A DNA stretch of 64,000 bases from the human T2T-CHM13v2.0 reference genome, Homo sapiens: assembly GCF_009914755.1 (NCBI RefSeq), contig NC_060939.1, one strand, 5' to 3'. The notes beneath the pieces were generated by a model. That model saw only the letters and a list, made by a program, of their open reading frames with translations. It was not told where the DNA came from and did no database searches. Positions 1-29,270 of the stretch are shown here, one piece after another (positions within the stretch are counted from its first letter, which is position 1; every line of letters begins with the position of its first letter). The translations under genes were made by a program, and so were the position numbers.

Positions 1-729
1 GCATGAGCCACTACACCGGACCTATTTTATTTATTGTTTGTTTGTTTTTTTGCGGGGGTGGGTGGTTTGAGACGGCATCTCACTCTGTCGCCCAGGCTGG
101 AGTGCTGTCGCATGATCTGAGCTCACGGCAACCTCCACCTCCCAGGTTCAAGCGATTCTCCTGCCTCAGCCTCCTGAGTAGCTGGGATTACAGGCACCCA
201 CCACCACACCTCACTAATTATCATATTTTTAGTACAGACGGGGTTTCGGCATGTTGGCCAGGCTGGTCTCAAACTTCTGACCTCAAGTAATCCACCCACC
301 TCGGCCTCCCAAAGTGCTGGGATTACAGGCGTGAGCCACCACACCCGGCCTTTCCCTAGACTTTATAGGAGCCTACAACAGTCCATCTTGTCCTCTTGTC
401 ACCACTGCTGTGGGTGGGGTCATTTGTCCTGTCTGAGGGTGTGGAAATAGAATCCTGGTAACCATGTTATGACTTGAGCGGTCACTTCTGGTTTTCCTTC
501 TGAGAAAATCTTCTGCGCTCAGCTGTATGAGTAATATTGGCTTTTTGTCTCAAATGGGAAATGGCTCTAAGACCGGTTTTTCTATTTGTGTTTCTTTGTT
601 TATTTTGGTAGAAAGCAAAGAGGGCAATACGTTAAACGGCATCTTCCTTGGATGGTCTCAGGATCACAGCCTTCTCTAAAGAAGTATTCCTCTCCAAAGA
701 GCTGCAGGCCTTCAACAGCCTTATTAGGT

Positions 730-1165
730 AATATTATTATACCTGTTTACTTGAGGAAACTGACCTCAGTGGTAGTAACAAGCCCAAGGTCACAGAACTA
801 TGGTGGGAGGGAGGGACGAAGACAAGACCTGTGGATTCAGATCCTGGTGCCAGAGGCTTTGCTTACATCCAGTTATTCAATCCGCACTGCAGTCTTCTGG
901 GGTCAGAATCAGACGACAGGTCCTGTGAAGTTTACATATCTTGCCCAAGGTCACAGAGGCAAACAAGGTTGGGATTTGCTGATTCGAAAGCCCGTGCTAT
1001 TTTCACTTCAGGTCAACTTACCTCTCTATGCTTGCACTTCCTAATCTGTGAAATGGGAATAATAATAGTACATGCCTCTGGGTTTGTTGTGGGAGTTAAA
1101 TGGAATGACACACCTGGCCCGTAGTGAGCGCCGTAAGTGGACACTATTGTTGTTATCATTATAAT
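730..1165. mobile_element. MIR SINE fragments (further MIRs at ~3140, 3600, 24450-24640, 25810-25930, 29360-29580, 42975-43180, 45470-45670, 53160-53310, 57940-58150, 62640-62850)
   Basis: MIR core motifs GAGGAAACTGA, CTTGCCCAAGGTCACA, ATCTGTGAAATGGGAATAATAATAGTA. Confidence 0.65.
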
Positions 1166-1792
1166 GTTAACACGAGGTCTCCCTCTGGTCAGGAGTTGGC
1201 CACTCCCTGTTGCAGGAGAACCAGATCCCGTGGGAGCCCCTTCGTGGCCCAGGTGCTCCTGAGGCTCAGTGCAGGTGCTGGGAAAGTTTGCAACAGGAGT
1301 AAAGGGAACAAAGGCTCCAGGTGCCTGTGGATGCTTTGTCTGGCTGGAGGCCAGCTTCCTGCTGGATCAGGTTGCTCTTGGCTGTCTGGGTTCATGGAGC
1401 TGACCCCTCCTCCCTGTCCCTGCCAACTGAGGGCTGAGGGCTAAGTCTGGTGACACCAAACAGGGCCCAGCATGGGCAACGTACTTCCTTTCTGGAACCC
1501 AGTGATGGGATCTCACTGGCTAAACCAGGAAACCTTGGGGCACTGAGAGAGACCTATTCTGGGTCCTCATTCCACAGTGTGGCCTCAGTGAGCCCCCTCC
1601 CAACCTCTCCTGGAGGGGTGGTCTTGGGTGTAGAGGCGGCACCTGGGATCTGAGAGCTGGGTTTGAATGCCAGCCCAGGATGGGGCACTGGAGAGACCTT
1701 AGGCAAGCCAGCTCTCTCCGTGTCTCAATTTTGTACTATGAAGGTTCAGGAGGTTGTGCTGGTTCATGCATAAAGCCCTTGCAAGCCCTTAA

Positions 1793-2131
<339 letters not shown>

Positions 2132-2219
2132 TGAAACTTCAAACCCAGCAGAGGGTAATCTTTGCATAACACAAACTAGACTATGTCTCACTTCTCCTCA
2201 AAACCTGCCACAAGCCCTG

Positions 2220-2960
<741 letters not shown>

Positions 2961-3838
2961 TGTAGACTACCCATTCTGTAAGACCCACCTTGAAGTAGGG
3001 TCTGGGCTGCCTGTGCCCATCGTTTCTCTGTGATCTGGGGCAGTGGCCCTGGCACCGCAATGAGGCAGCTTTGTGAGCGTGAAACACTGTCCATTTCCAA
3101 AATACTTTCACCTGTGGTGCCTCATTTGCACCTCCCAATAACTCTGTGAGACAGGTAGAGCAGGATCATAAACTCCATTTCATAAATCAGAAAATCGACG
3201 CGTCCAGAGGCTTACAGGAACTTGCCTAAGGTAATATCCCTCATTTGGTGCAGAACCAGGAAGAGAACTATTAGTCTCAGGAAGCTCCAGCCAGACATAG
3301 AATGCCGAAGATCCACATATCGATCGCATTTCTCCATTAGGTCATGTTATCCATGTACACATGTTGAGAATTACTGCAATGAGGGGGTACTATTCTGATC
3401 TCTGAAATGCTTTTGAGCTCTAAATTTTTCTAGGGCTCTTGGATATATGTGATGAGACTTACCTTTAGGTCTCTTCCAGGGAAACTAAAATTCTTGCCTT
3501 CTTCCTGGACTGAGAAGTCAAAGTCTCTGCCCTATTCTGCCACAGAATCCCAGTAATGCCTCTACAGAGTACATAGCACATAGTACTTAACAGCCGGTTT
3601 CACATATATTCAACTGCAGATGAGGTTCAGAGAGGTGAAGGGACTTGCCCACATAGGAAAATGGCAAAGGGAATTCTAGAACTCAGCTGGTCTGACTCTA
3701 AGCACAGTGTTCCTCCCCCCATGACCATATGCATGTAAATTCCCTTCCAGTTGCATGGAAGATGGAGTTCTTCACGGCTAAATTGTTAAAACCAAAATGC
3801 CATCTTTAGATGCCTTTATTAGGCTCATTACAAGCTTA

Positions 3839-4639
<801 letters not shown>

Positions 4640-4966
4640 TTAAGTCCTTGCCATGGCCTTCTGTTAGATCTGCAGCAGGAGAGGGAGGAGACGAGAGGCA
4701 CCCTTGTGATGGAATATGGGGCAGCTCCTCCAAATGAGGGCAGAAATCTATACTTATTGGTAACTTTGCAAATATGTGTCTCCGTTGTATGCAGACACAC
4801 ATACAGAAAGTCTGGAAGGATGTGCTCCAGAATGCTAATAGCAGCATCTCTGGGAATCACCTTATGGGTGATTTCACTCCCTTCTATATACTTGTCTGAA
4901 GTTTTATTTTATAATGGGCAAGTATTTCCTTTATAATCAGGCTTTTTTTTTTTTTTTTTTTTTTGA

Positions 4967-5176
<210 letters not shown>

Positions 5177-5298
5177 TGACCTCAGGTAATCCACCTGCCT
5201 CACCCTCCCAAAATGCTTGGATTACAGGCATAAGCCGCTGCACCCAGCCAATAAAGCCATTTTCATTCTGAAAAAGAATTGAAAAAAGCTACTGAATA

Positions 5299-5462
5299 GG
5301 CCAAGCATGGTGACATGGGCCTGTAGTCCCAGCAACACAGGAGGCTGTGGCAGGAGGATCACTTGAGGCCAGGGACTGGAGGCTGCAGTAAGCCATGATT
5401 ATGTATGTGAATAGCCACCACACTCCAGCCTGGGCAACACAGTGAGACCCTATCTTATGAAA
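5299..5462 (+). mobile_element. FAM (fossil Alu monomer)-like SINE
   Basis: Single monomer retaining the 7SL-type GTGAATAGCCAC segment lost in dimeric Alus. Confidence 0.75.
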
Positions 5463-6262
5463 TAGGAAGGAAGGAAGACCACTGAATAGAAATAAAAGAA
5501 TGGGAAGAAGTCCTGATACATGTGTCTCATGTTTTCAGTCAGATCCCTCTAGGGATGCAGGTGGAATCTGTGTCACCCATGAATGGACCCTTTACTTGGG
5601 GGGCATTCAAAATATGAAGGTAATGAGGACTAAGTAGACATCTTCCAATGAATGACACAGAAATTATAAACCTCTTGGCAGTCTCTTTGAACAACTCTCA
5701 TCTTTCTCAGGATCTTAATGATTCATGTCACAGGCCCTTCCCAAAGATTGTGTGGTGGCTCTGGAGGAAAACCGAGAAGTGATATTACTCGTTTCTGGAT
5801 AATTGTCAGTGAGTCAGACCTCGTTCAGCGCTCTGGAGTTTCCAGGCCGTTAACTTCTCTGCCTGAACTCATGAGTCAGGGTCAGTCAGCCCAGAGCTGC
5901 AATGTGTACGTGCTTCCCGGCCCTGCTCTTCTGGCCCGCCCCCAAGCCTTCACGCATGCACCCCTGCAGGCACTTACCAGCCTCCTCATCCGTATATCCT
6001 GGAAAGGGTGCAAGCATGCCTGGCTTAGTCATCCATCCACAGGAAGTTTGCACAGCCCTACCTGAGTGCTAAGATCAGGCTGTAAACTGCCAGAATGAAA
6101 CAAAAGAGGGAAAATAAATATCAGCACTCTCCCATAAATTTTGCAATAGTCAGCTGTAGTCTAGCTGTGATTTAGAGCATTTGTTTTGTGAATAACCGGA
6201 TGTGAATAATCTATATGTGAATAACCTATACGTCTGTCAATAGTGATCCATTATGATACATT

Positions 6263-6560
6263 GTGGTGGTGGGCACCTTGTAATCAGCTACTCAGGAGGT
6301 TGAGGTGGAAGGATCACTTGAGTCCAGAAGTTCTGGGCTGTAGTGCTCTATGCTTATAGTGTGTCCACACTAAGTTGGGCATCAATATGGCGACCTACTG
6401 GGAGCTGGGGGACCACCAGGTTGTCTAAGGAGAGATGAACCAGCCCAAGTCCGAAACAGAGCAGGTCAGAACTCTGGTGCTGATCAGTAGCAGGATGGTT
6501 CTGTGAATAGCCACTGCACTCCAGACTGCGCAACTTAGCAAGACTCTGTCTCTAAAAAAA
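6263..6560 (+). pseudogene. 7SL (SRP) RNA retropseudogene (RN7SL-type)
   Basis: Alu-domain ends plus S-domain sequence absent from Alus (..CACTAAGTT.GGCATCAATATGG..GGACCACCAGGTTG.CTAAGG..GAAAC.GAGCAGGTCA..GCTGATCAGTAG..GTGAATAGCCACTGCAC), diverged, short A tail. Confidence 0.92.
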
Positions 6561-6940
6561 TGTGTGTGTTTGTATAAAATACATTGTAGTGTATCCAGAG
6601 AACAGATTACCATGCAGCTATTTAAAAGAACGAGGTAGAGCTATGTAAGTTGACATAGAAAGGGTCAGTTTGGCCGGGCACGGTGGCTCACACCTGTAAT
6701 CCTAACACTTTGGGAGGCCGAGGCAGGAGGATCATTGAGCCCAGGGGTTCCAGGCTGCAGTGAGCTATGATCACACCACTGCACTCCAGCCTGAGTGACA
6801 GAGTGAGATCCAGTCCCTAAAAAAACCCAAAAACCAAAAACAAAAACGTAAGGTCAGTTTTAAGAATAAGAGGAACATTGGATAGCAGTGTATATATTAT
6901 GCTCCTATTTGTGTGCATGTCAATTATTCTTATTTTTTAA

Positions 6941-7195
<255 letters not shown>

Positions 7196-7307
7196 TGACA
7201 GGCATCTTATTTTTATTTTTAAAAATTATAAATGGCATTTTCTCATTGTAAAAGGATAAAAATACAGAAAAGGCTAGCAGAAGACACGAAACTCTCTCAT
7301 CACCCCT

Positions 7308-7712
7308 TGCATCAGTCAGGACAGGCTAGGCTATGCTGTGGTAACAAACATCTCTAAAAATGTCAATGGCTTAAAACAACAAAGATTTTTTTCTTGCCCA
7401 TGCTTTATTCCTAACATGGACACAGAGATTCAGCTCATTGTAGTCCGCACCATAGTCACAGTGCCACCAACATATGATGCCACCATCCCAACGTGATACT
7501 TCACAGTTCACCATTATAGAGGAAGAAAGCATGAGAACCAACACAGGATCTCAAATGCCTCCCCTGGAAGGGATACTTGACACTTTTCCTCACATTTCAC
7601 AAGCAAATCACAAGGATACACCTAACTTCAAGACAGTGTGAAAGTATAACCTTCCCCTGGACACAGGAAGAGAGCTGGAAATATTGATTCACCTTGGTAA
7701 TGTCTACCACCC
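7308..7712 (-). mobile_element. MLT1-type (ERVL-MaLR) solo LTR remnant
   Basis: MLT1-like end TCAGTCAGGACAGGCTAGG..TATGCTG.GGTAACAAAC..CAATGGCTTAAAACAACAAAG; subfamily unresolved. Confidence 0.6.
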
Positions 7713-7786
7713 CATCCCAAACCACCCTCCTTCCCAGAGGGGAGTTAACATGTTGCTGCTGAATCCCTCCAGGCCTTTTTGATATA

Positions 7787-9394
<1,608 letters not shown>

Positions 9395-9445
9395 TATATA
9401 GTTTTGACATACATTAATAGTTTACAATAAATTTAAAATATATCT

Positions 9446-12432
<2,987 letters not shown>

Positions 12433-12829
12433 CTAAGAAAATAAAAGAAATGAATAAAGATGAGTTTATCTTGCTCATAATAATGTAAATATTGAAAACC
12501 TAAATATCTAGCTATAGGAGATTAGACAAACTATAGAATGCTTTACTTATCTAACTATAGGTAGACGTTAATGGATGTAAATTATCCATTGAAATGTTAA
12601 ATAGAAACAAAAAGAGCTAGTTCATGGCAGGGTTAGGCAAAAAAAAAAAAAAAAAAACAAAAGAGAGCAACAGGAATGTAAAAGCATATGTATCCTATGG
12701 TCCATCTTCAAAAAAAGTTTGTAAATACACACCTTGAAACTATGAAAGGTTAAACACCAGAATTTTAACAGTTATTAACTCCAGGGGATGGGAATATAAA
12801 TTTATTTCTCTATGTGCTTATCAGAATTT

Positions 12830-20115
<7,286 letters not shown>

Positions 20116-20119
20116 TTAC

Positions 20120-21240
20120 AATAAAAAAATCACAATGAGATATTACTATGCACCTATAAGAGCAGCTAAAATAAAAAACAGTGATAACAGGAAATGCTGG
20201 CAAGAGTGTGGAGAAAATGGATCTCTCTCCACATTCCTGGTGGAAATGTAAATGGTACAGCCATTCTGCAAAAAATCATGGCAATTTATAAGACTAGATA
20301 TGCACTTACCATAAGACACAGCAATGGCATTCTTTGGACATATATCTCAGAGAAATGAAAACTTACATTCATATAAAAACCTGTACACAAATGTTTAGAG
20401 TTGCTTCATTTGTAATAGCCCAAAACTGGAAACAACCCAAATAGCCTTCAATTCAATGGGTGAATAAACTTGAGCTAGATATGGTGGCTTATGCCTGTAA
20501 TCCCAGTACTTTGAGAGACTGAGGTGGGAGGATTGCTTGAGCCCAGGAGTTGAAGACCAGCCTAGGCAACATAGGGAGACCCCCATCTGTACAAAAAAAT
20601 AAAAAGTTAAACTCTAGTACATGCATTCCATGGGATACTACTCAGTAATAAAAAGGAAAGAACTATTGATACACACAGTGACTTGGTTGGATATATCTCA
20701 GAGGCATTATGGTTATCGAAAAAAGCCAATCTCTGCACTCCAGGCTGGATGACAGAGAGAGACGTTGTCTTAAAAAAAATAATAAAAAAATAAAAAGAAA
20801 AAAGCCAATCTCAAAAGGTTATGCACTATATTTACATAACATTCTTGAAATAACAAAACTATACAGATGGAGAAGAGATTAATGGTTGTGAGAGGACAGT
20901 GACAGGAGTGTGACTATAAAGAGGTACCGTGAAGGAGTACCCCACAGGGATGGAACAGTTCTTGATGGTGGTGGTCGGTACACAAATGCATTCATGGGTT
21001 CAAGTTACATAAAACTAAACGCACATATATATGTGCAGGCACAAATAAGTGCATGCAAAAACTGAACGATAAGGTCTGCAGTCTATTTACAGCATTGACC
21101 AATGTCAATTTCTTGATTTTGCTATTCTACTACAATTATATAAGTTCATCACTGGGGAAAGCTGGTGAAGTGTTCATGGGACACTATGTACTATTTTGCA
21201 ACTTCCTCTGAATCCATAATTATTTCAAAATTAAAAAGTT
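20120..21240 (+). mobile_element. Old L1 (L1M-type) 3' ORF2/3' UTR fragment with an internal Alu monomer
   Basis: L1 hallmark segments CACAATGAGATA, AAATGCTGGCAAG, TGGTGGAAATGTAAATGGTACAGCCA, TTTGTAATAGCCCAAAACTGGAAACAACCCAAAT. Confidence 0.8.
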
Positions 21241-21263
21241 AACAGGCCAGGCCCGGCGGCTCA

Positions 21264-21562
<299 letters not shown>

Positions 21563-22528
21563 CTAATTCTAAAATTACACATTTTAAAGAACATGTAAGA
21601 ACAAAAACATGTATATTAAACACCTTAATGGTTTTCTATCAGGAGAGGGAGCGGGAGGAGGAATGAAATAAACAGCTACATTAATCAAGGGTCCCTGTGC
21701 AGACAAATGATAATAATGTGCTGTGAACCGAAAAGGTATTAAGTCAAACTTCTCTGCACCTGAGGTCCTGCAGAGAGGAAAGGGTATGTGTGTTGGGGGT
21801 CGGGGGAGGAGATGAGAGAAGGGGGGATCAATAACATTAAAGACAGGGCTTTATTTCAAATAAAGATTCAAAAATCTTTATTTAAAGATTTTTCCCTTTG
21901 TTCAATAGAAGACTGGAGGAGGTTGGAGGAGGAGAAGGAGCAGGAAAAGGGAGGAGGGAGAAGGTGCCGGAGTGGGCAGTGGAAAGTACTCTTCTGGTCT
22001 GGGGACCACTAGCTGAATCCCTGAGGAGCTCTGAGGCCCCACGGGGGAGTCCTAGTTTCCAGGTGCTTCTCTGAGCAGTGGTGCTCCCAAGGTGCTCTGT
22101 GTGCTGGAAAATTGGAAGTGCTGATTTTAATTTTTATTAAATCTGTTTTAATTATGTTAATATTTTTTCTAGAGGGTGTTATGGAGAAAGAAGTGCTGAT
22201 TTTTAACATCGCCTCTTGCAAGGCACAGCTTGCAGGTGCTGGGTGACCTAAGGCAAGACCCCTAATTTAGCTGTGCTTTCCATATCCTTAGCAAGGAGTG
22301 TCCCCACCCCAGCACTGTTTGAAAGGCAGAGCTCATAAGAGGATTGAGAGGATTTTAAAAGCCGTTTGCACAAGTTCATGGCCTTAGTTATAAACGCAGT
22401 ACATATTGCTACTAATTGGATGACTATAAGGAGGAAGAAAGAATATAAGGGGCAAAAGGAAACAATTCAGGAAGTGCATAAAGGTTTATTGACAAGGATG
22501 CTCATCTCAACATTACTTAAGATAATAA

Positions 22529-22861
<333 letters not shown>

Positions 22862-23041
22862 TGAATACCCCATGTATTTTCAGTAGAGACGGGGTTGGTC
22901 AGGTTGATCTTGAACTCCTGACCTTGTGATCCGCCCACCTCAGCCTCCTAAAGAGTTGGGATTACAGGCGTGAGCCACTGCACCCGGCAAGAATTTTTAA
23001 TGTTATAGAAAAATGCGATATAGGCCGGGTGCTGTGGCTCA

Positions 23042-23302
<261 letters not shown>

Positions 23303-23553
23303 TCAAAAACAAGAAAAGAAAAACATAATAGAATGCTGTCCTAAGTAAAAGTTAGAAAACAGTATGTATTGAATAATCTTTTTTCTAAAAGATGTAAGTG
23401 TATAATTATGCATAGGAAACACACAGGAAGATATTCACCAAAATATTAACACCAGTATACCTAAGATTTGTGCAGTTTACTACATGCAAATTAATCTTAA
23501 TTTTTAAAAAGTTTTAAAAAATATTAACGCTGACGGCCGGGTGTGGTGGCTCA

Positions 23554-24102
<549 letters not shown>

Positions 24103-24639
24103 TCAGTTCAGGCCAGCTCAGCCACTTACAAGTCCAGAACTGGTTGTTTCAGTAACCGCCCTGAAAGCTGCCGTTGCTTTCCTGGAAGATAGCACCGGGA
24201 CGCAAGAGTGGAGAGGGAGGAGCCAAGGTCACCTCATAAATGCGGGATATTTATAACCCTATCTTTCACCCCTCCTGCAGATCTCCGTTTCGTTTTACTC
24301 TCTGAGCACGCCCGCCCACTGCATGTTAAGGGAGCAGTGAGCAGCATTTATCTCGGGTGGAGACGTGGGTGGTTTCACAGAGTGTGGATCTGCCCTCCTC
24401 TCTCTCACTTGCCTCCTTCTGTAAACAATATTACCATTCTTGAGAGCTGACCATGTGCCAGGTGTGTGCCTCCACCATTGCATTTCCCATCACAGCCTTG
24501 TGAGATCTCTAGTGTTCTGATGCCCACTTTACAGATGAAAAACTCCAGGCTCAGAGAGGTTAAGGAACTCGTCCTACGTAACACAGCCAGTTAGGTAAGA
24601 GTGGATCTAGGATTTCAACCCGGGCCAGCCCAGACTCCA

Positions 24640-25470
24640 GCTAGTGAGGCCGCCCCCTGTGGCCCAGGTCCAGCGAGGCCGAGTCTCCCAAGGTGAAGGA
24701 CCGCACAGTCCCTTGGGCTCCACGGCTAACTTGGGCCGACCAGCGGTCGTGGGGAGGCGGACCCGACAGGCCAGGGTGGTCGTGGCATCGAGTCCATCGT
24801 TGGTGCAAATGGCCGGGGGCCGGTGGCGGTGGTGGGGCGGGGGGCACGGCCCGCATCAGGCAAATCCCGGAGGCGCCCTCTGGACAATTCCCGTAAACAC
24901 GGGCAGAGCGGGGCGGGGCTGGGCGGGGCTTGGCGGGGGCCCAGCATTTCCGGGGACGCCGCGCCGGACTGAGGCTGTGCGCCCGAGACTCCGGGTCCCC
25001 AGGGGCTGCGCCGGGCCGGCCTGGCAAGGGGGACGAGTCAGTGGACACTCCAGGAAGAGCGGCCCCGCGGGGGGCGATGACCGTGCGCTGACCCTGACTC
25101 ACTCCAGGTAGGCGCGGGGGGTGCCTGGCGAGGTGGGAGCCGCTGCCCGGGAGGTGGCGGACCAGGCGAAAACCGCCGCGCAGCCGCTGCCCCCACCCTT
25201 GCACCCGCACCTCCCGCCCGGCCCCTCTCCCCAGAAGGCGCCACCTGCACGCTCTGATGGGCACTGGGGCCCGCCGCCCGGGGAGCCTGTTGCCATGGCA
25301 GCGCAGGAGGCTGGGCCCGCGTTCCCATGGCCACCGGGGGCCTTTGAGCAGCGTTCACATCGCGCCAGTGCACCACCCCTACTCCTAAACCCGGGACCTG
25401 GTCCTGGGGGGAAGTCATTTGGAATTCGGAAAAGGCCTGGGCCCCTGCGGAATGGTCGTGGATATGACCT
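24640..25470. promoter_or_regulatory. CpG island / upstream alternative promoter of SEMA4B
   Basis: Non-repetitive, very GC/CpG-rich; tandem GC boxes (GGGGCGGGG) at 24834-24940; TGACTCA at 25095-25101; splice donor just downstream. Confidence 0.8.
24945..25107 (+). other. SEMA4B: Probable non-coding (5' UTR) first exon of an upstream-promoter SEMA4B isoform; start approximate
   Basis: Donor CAG|GTAGGC at 25108 downstream of the GC boxes; matching acceptor before the coding exon at 41483. The TSS itself cannot be read from sequence. Confidence 0.6.
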
Positions 25471-26770
25471 CCGAGTTAGGCCCTTTGTCATGGCTTCTTT
25501 CTTCTCACTGAGCACCAAGGTGCTAGAAGGAGAAGGCTAGAAGGAGAAGGAAGTTGAGGTTCTGGGCATGAAGCTGCAGTTGCGGCTACTCGGGAGTTAT
25601 TCTGGTCTAGCAGAAAGGCGAAGGAGCCCTGGGTCATCTCGGGAAGGTCATCAAATCTCTGCCCACATTTCCTCACCTGTAATATGGGTATGTTATTTGA
25701 GTTAAACACAGGATTCCTCTAAAGGTTGAAATGCCTTAAAATTTTGTGCGGGAAGCATACAAACTTTTAAAAAGTTTTTTTCCCCATAATGCCTTAGAAC
25801 TGGAAAAGATGTAGAAATCACCTTGGCCCATCCCCCCTCATTTTCATAAGGAAAACTGAAGCCAGAGAGATTAAATCGCTTCCCAAGATGACAGTGAGTT
25901 AGTGGGAAGGTCAGGATTTGAACTCAGGCCATGGCCGTTTCTTTTGGTGATTTTTTTTTTTTTTTTTTTTTTTTTTGAGACGGAGTCTTGCTCTATCCTC
26001 CAGGCTACAGTGCAGTAGCGCGATCTTGGCTCACCGCAACCTCCACCTCCCTGGCTCAAGTGACTCTTCTGCCTCAGCCTCCTGAGTAGCTGGGACTACA
26101 GGCGTGTGCCACCATGCCAAGCTAATTTTTGTATTTTTAGTAGAGACAGGGTTTCACCATGTTGGCTAGGCTGGTCTCCAACTCCTGAGCTCAAGTGATC
26201 CGCCCACTTTGGCCTCCCAATGTGCCTGGTTTATAGGCTTGAGCCACCACGCCTGGCCTTTTTGGAGATTATACCTTCTGAAGCTCAGGAAAATCTAGGA
26301 TATGTCTCCTTGCACCTGGGGCTCAAACTGTTGGTGACAGGTAATCTCCATATGGGGACATTGGCCAGGCATGGTGGCTCACGCCTGTAATCCCAGCACT
26401 TTGGGAGGTCGAGGCAGGCGGATCACCTGAGCTCAGGAGTTTGAAACCAGCCTGGTCAATGTGGTGAAACCTCGTCTCTAGTAAAAACACAAAATTAGCT
26501 GGGCATGGTGGCGCATGCCTGTAATCGCAGCGACTTGGGAGGCTGAGGCAGGAGAATCGCTTGAATCTGGGAGGCGGAGGTACCCTGAGCCAGCCGAGAT
26601 TGTGATTGCATTCCAGCCTGGACAACAAGAGTGAAACTCCATCTCAAAAAGCAAACAAAAAATAAAATAATAAAAATAAAGGCCAGGCACGGTGGCTCAC
26701 GCCTGTAATCCCAGCACTTTGGGAGGCCGAGATGGGCGGAGAGGTCAGGAGATCAAGACCATCCTGGCTA

Positions 26771-27115
<345 letters not shown>

Positions 27116-27651
27116 TTAATGTAGTATCTGACTACATTGGACAGGATGGTCCAAAGTAAGTCCCTGGGAGCCAAGCATTCAGCCACTCTCCAAAATACCA
27201 TCTCTTCTGAAGCCAGCAAAGCTGGTGAGCCTGGAGCTAAGCAAGAAAACTGTTTAGCTTCCCTAAAGCAGGGAAATGGGACTCTAGTCCTGCCTCTATC
27301 CGTGTGGTGCTGTTTCCTTTGAAAGGGATAACAGAAAAGTGGGGGAAAAGATCCAGGAAGGAAAACGTGAATGAATCCTTTGGAAATGATTTGAGACAGC
27401 TAGAGCAGAAGACATTTGCTGGGTACCTGCTGTTTCCATGTTCTGTCCTGGGGCTGGAGATGAAAAAGCTGAGTTAGGCAGGCCTTGTCCCTGCATTCAA
27501 GGAGCTTGTAGAAGAGAAGGGAAGAGAGGGATGTGATGTGTAAGTGAGTATTTCACTGCAGCATAATGAGGTCCTAATAAGAATCTGAGCAGAGTGCAGA
27601 GGGAACTCGCAGGAGCAACTCTGGAAATTAGTTGAAAACAGCAGGATTCTA

Positions 27652-28294
<643 letters not shown>

Positions 28295-28297
28295 TCA

Positions 28298-28684
<387 letters not shown>

Positions 28685-29134
28685 TCAGGATACGTATTGT
28701 CTTTTTTTGTTTGTTTTTTGAGACAGAGTCTCGCTCACTCTGGGTGCAGTGGCGCTATCTCGGCTCACTGCAAGCTCCGCCCCCCGGATTCATGCCATTC
28801 TTCTGCCTCAGCCTCCCGAGTAGCTGGGACTACAGGCACCCACCACCACGCCCGGCTAATTTTTTTGTATTTTTAGTAGAGACGGGGTTTCACCATGTTA
28901 GCCAGGATGGTCTACGATCTCCTGACCTCGTGATCCGCCCGCCTCAGCCTCCCAAAGTGCTGGGATTATAGGCATGAGCCACCGCGCCCAGCCAGGATGA
29001 ATATTCTCTGAAAGAACAGTTTAAAGGATCCTGATAAACTAAGCTCTGTGAAGGCAGCAACCACGTCAGTTTCCTTAAACTTGAGCAATACTTAGAAGGC
29101 AGCAAGTGCACAAGAAATATGTGTTGCATGAATG

Positions 29135-29270
29135 AAAGAAGGAAGTGGGGGGGAGGAAGGAAAAGGAGGAAGTGAGCGAGGGCAGGAAGAAAAGGGAAGG
29201 AAGGGAGAGGAGAGAAGTGAAGGAAGGAAGAAAAGGTAGGAAGGAGGGAGGGAAGGAAAGAAGGAAGGAT
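29135..29270. repeat. Purine-rich (GGAA/GGAG) low-complexity tract
   Basis: Almost pure A/G for ~130 bp. Confidence 0.85.

Noticed and set aside
586-1044. 152-aa ORF / possible far-upstream exon with donor TTAG|GTAATA near 728
   Set aside because: Largely MIR-derived, with no CpG island or clear promoter; an exon cannot be supported from sequence alone.
24648-24664. CTCF-like motifs (also ~25228, ~40979, ~60250)
   Set aside because: Each has 2-3 mismatches to the core consensus; not distinguishable from GC-rich background without ChIP data.
24641-25540. Long ORFs on both strands in the upstream CpG island (up to 207 aa)
   Set aside because: Stop-poor GC-rich sequence with Pro/Gly/Arg composition and no recognisable domain.
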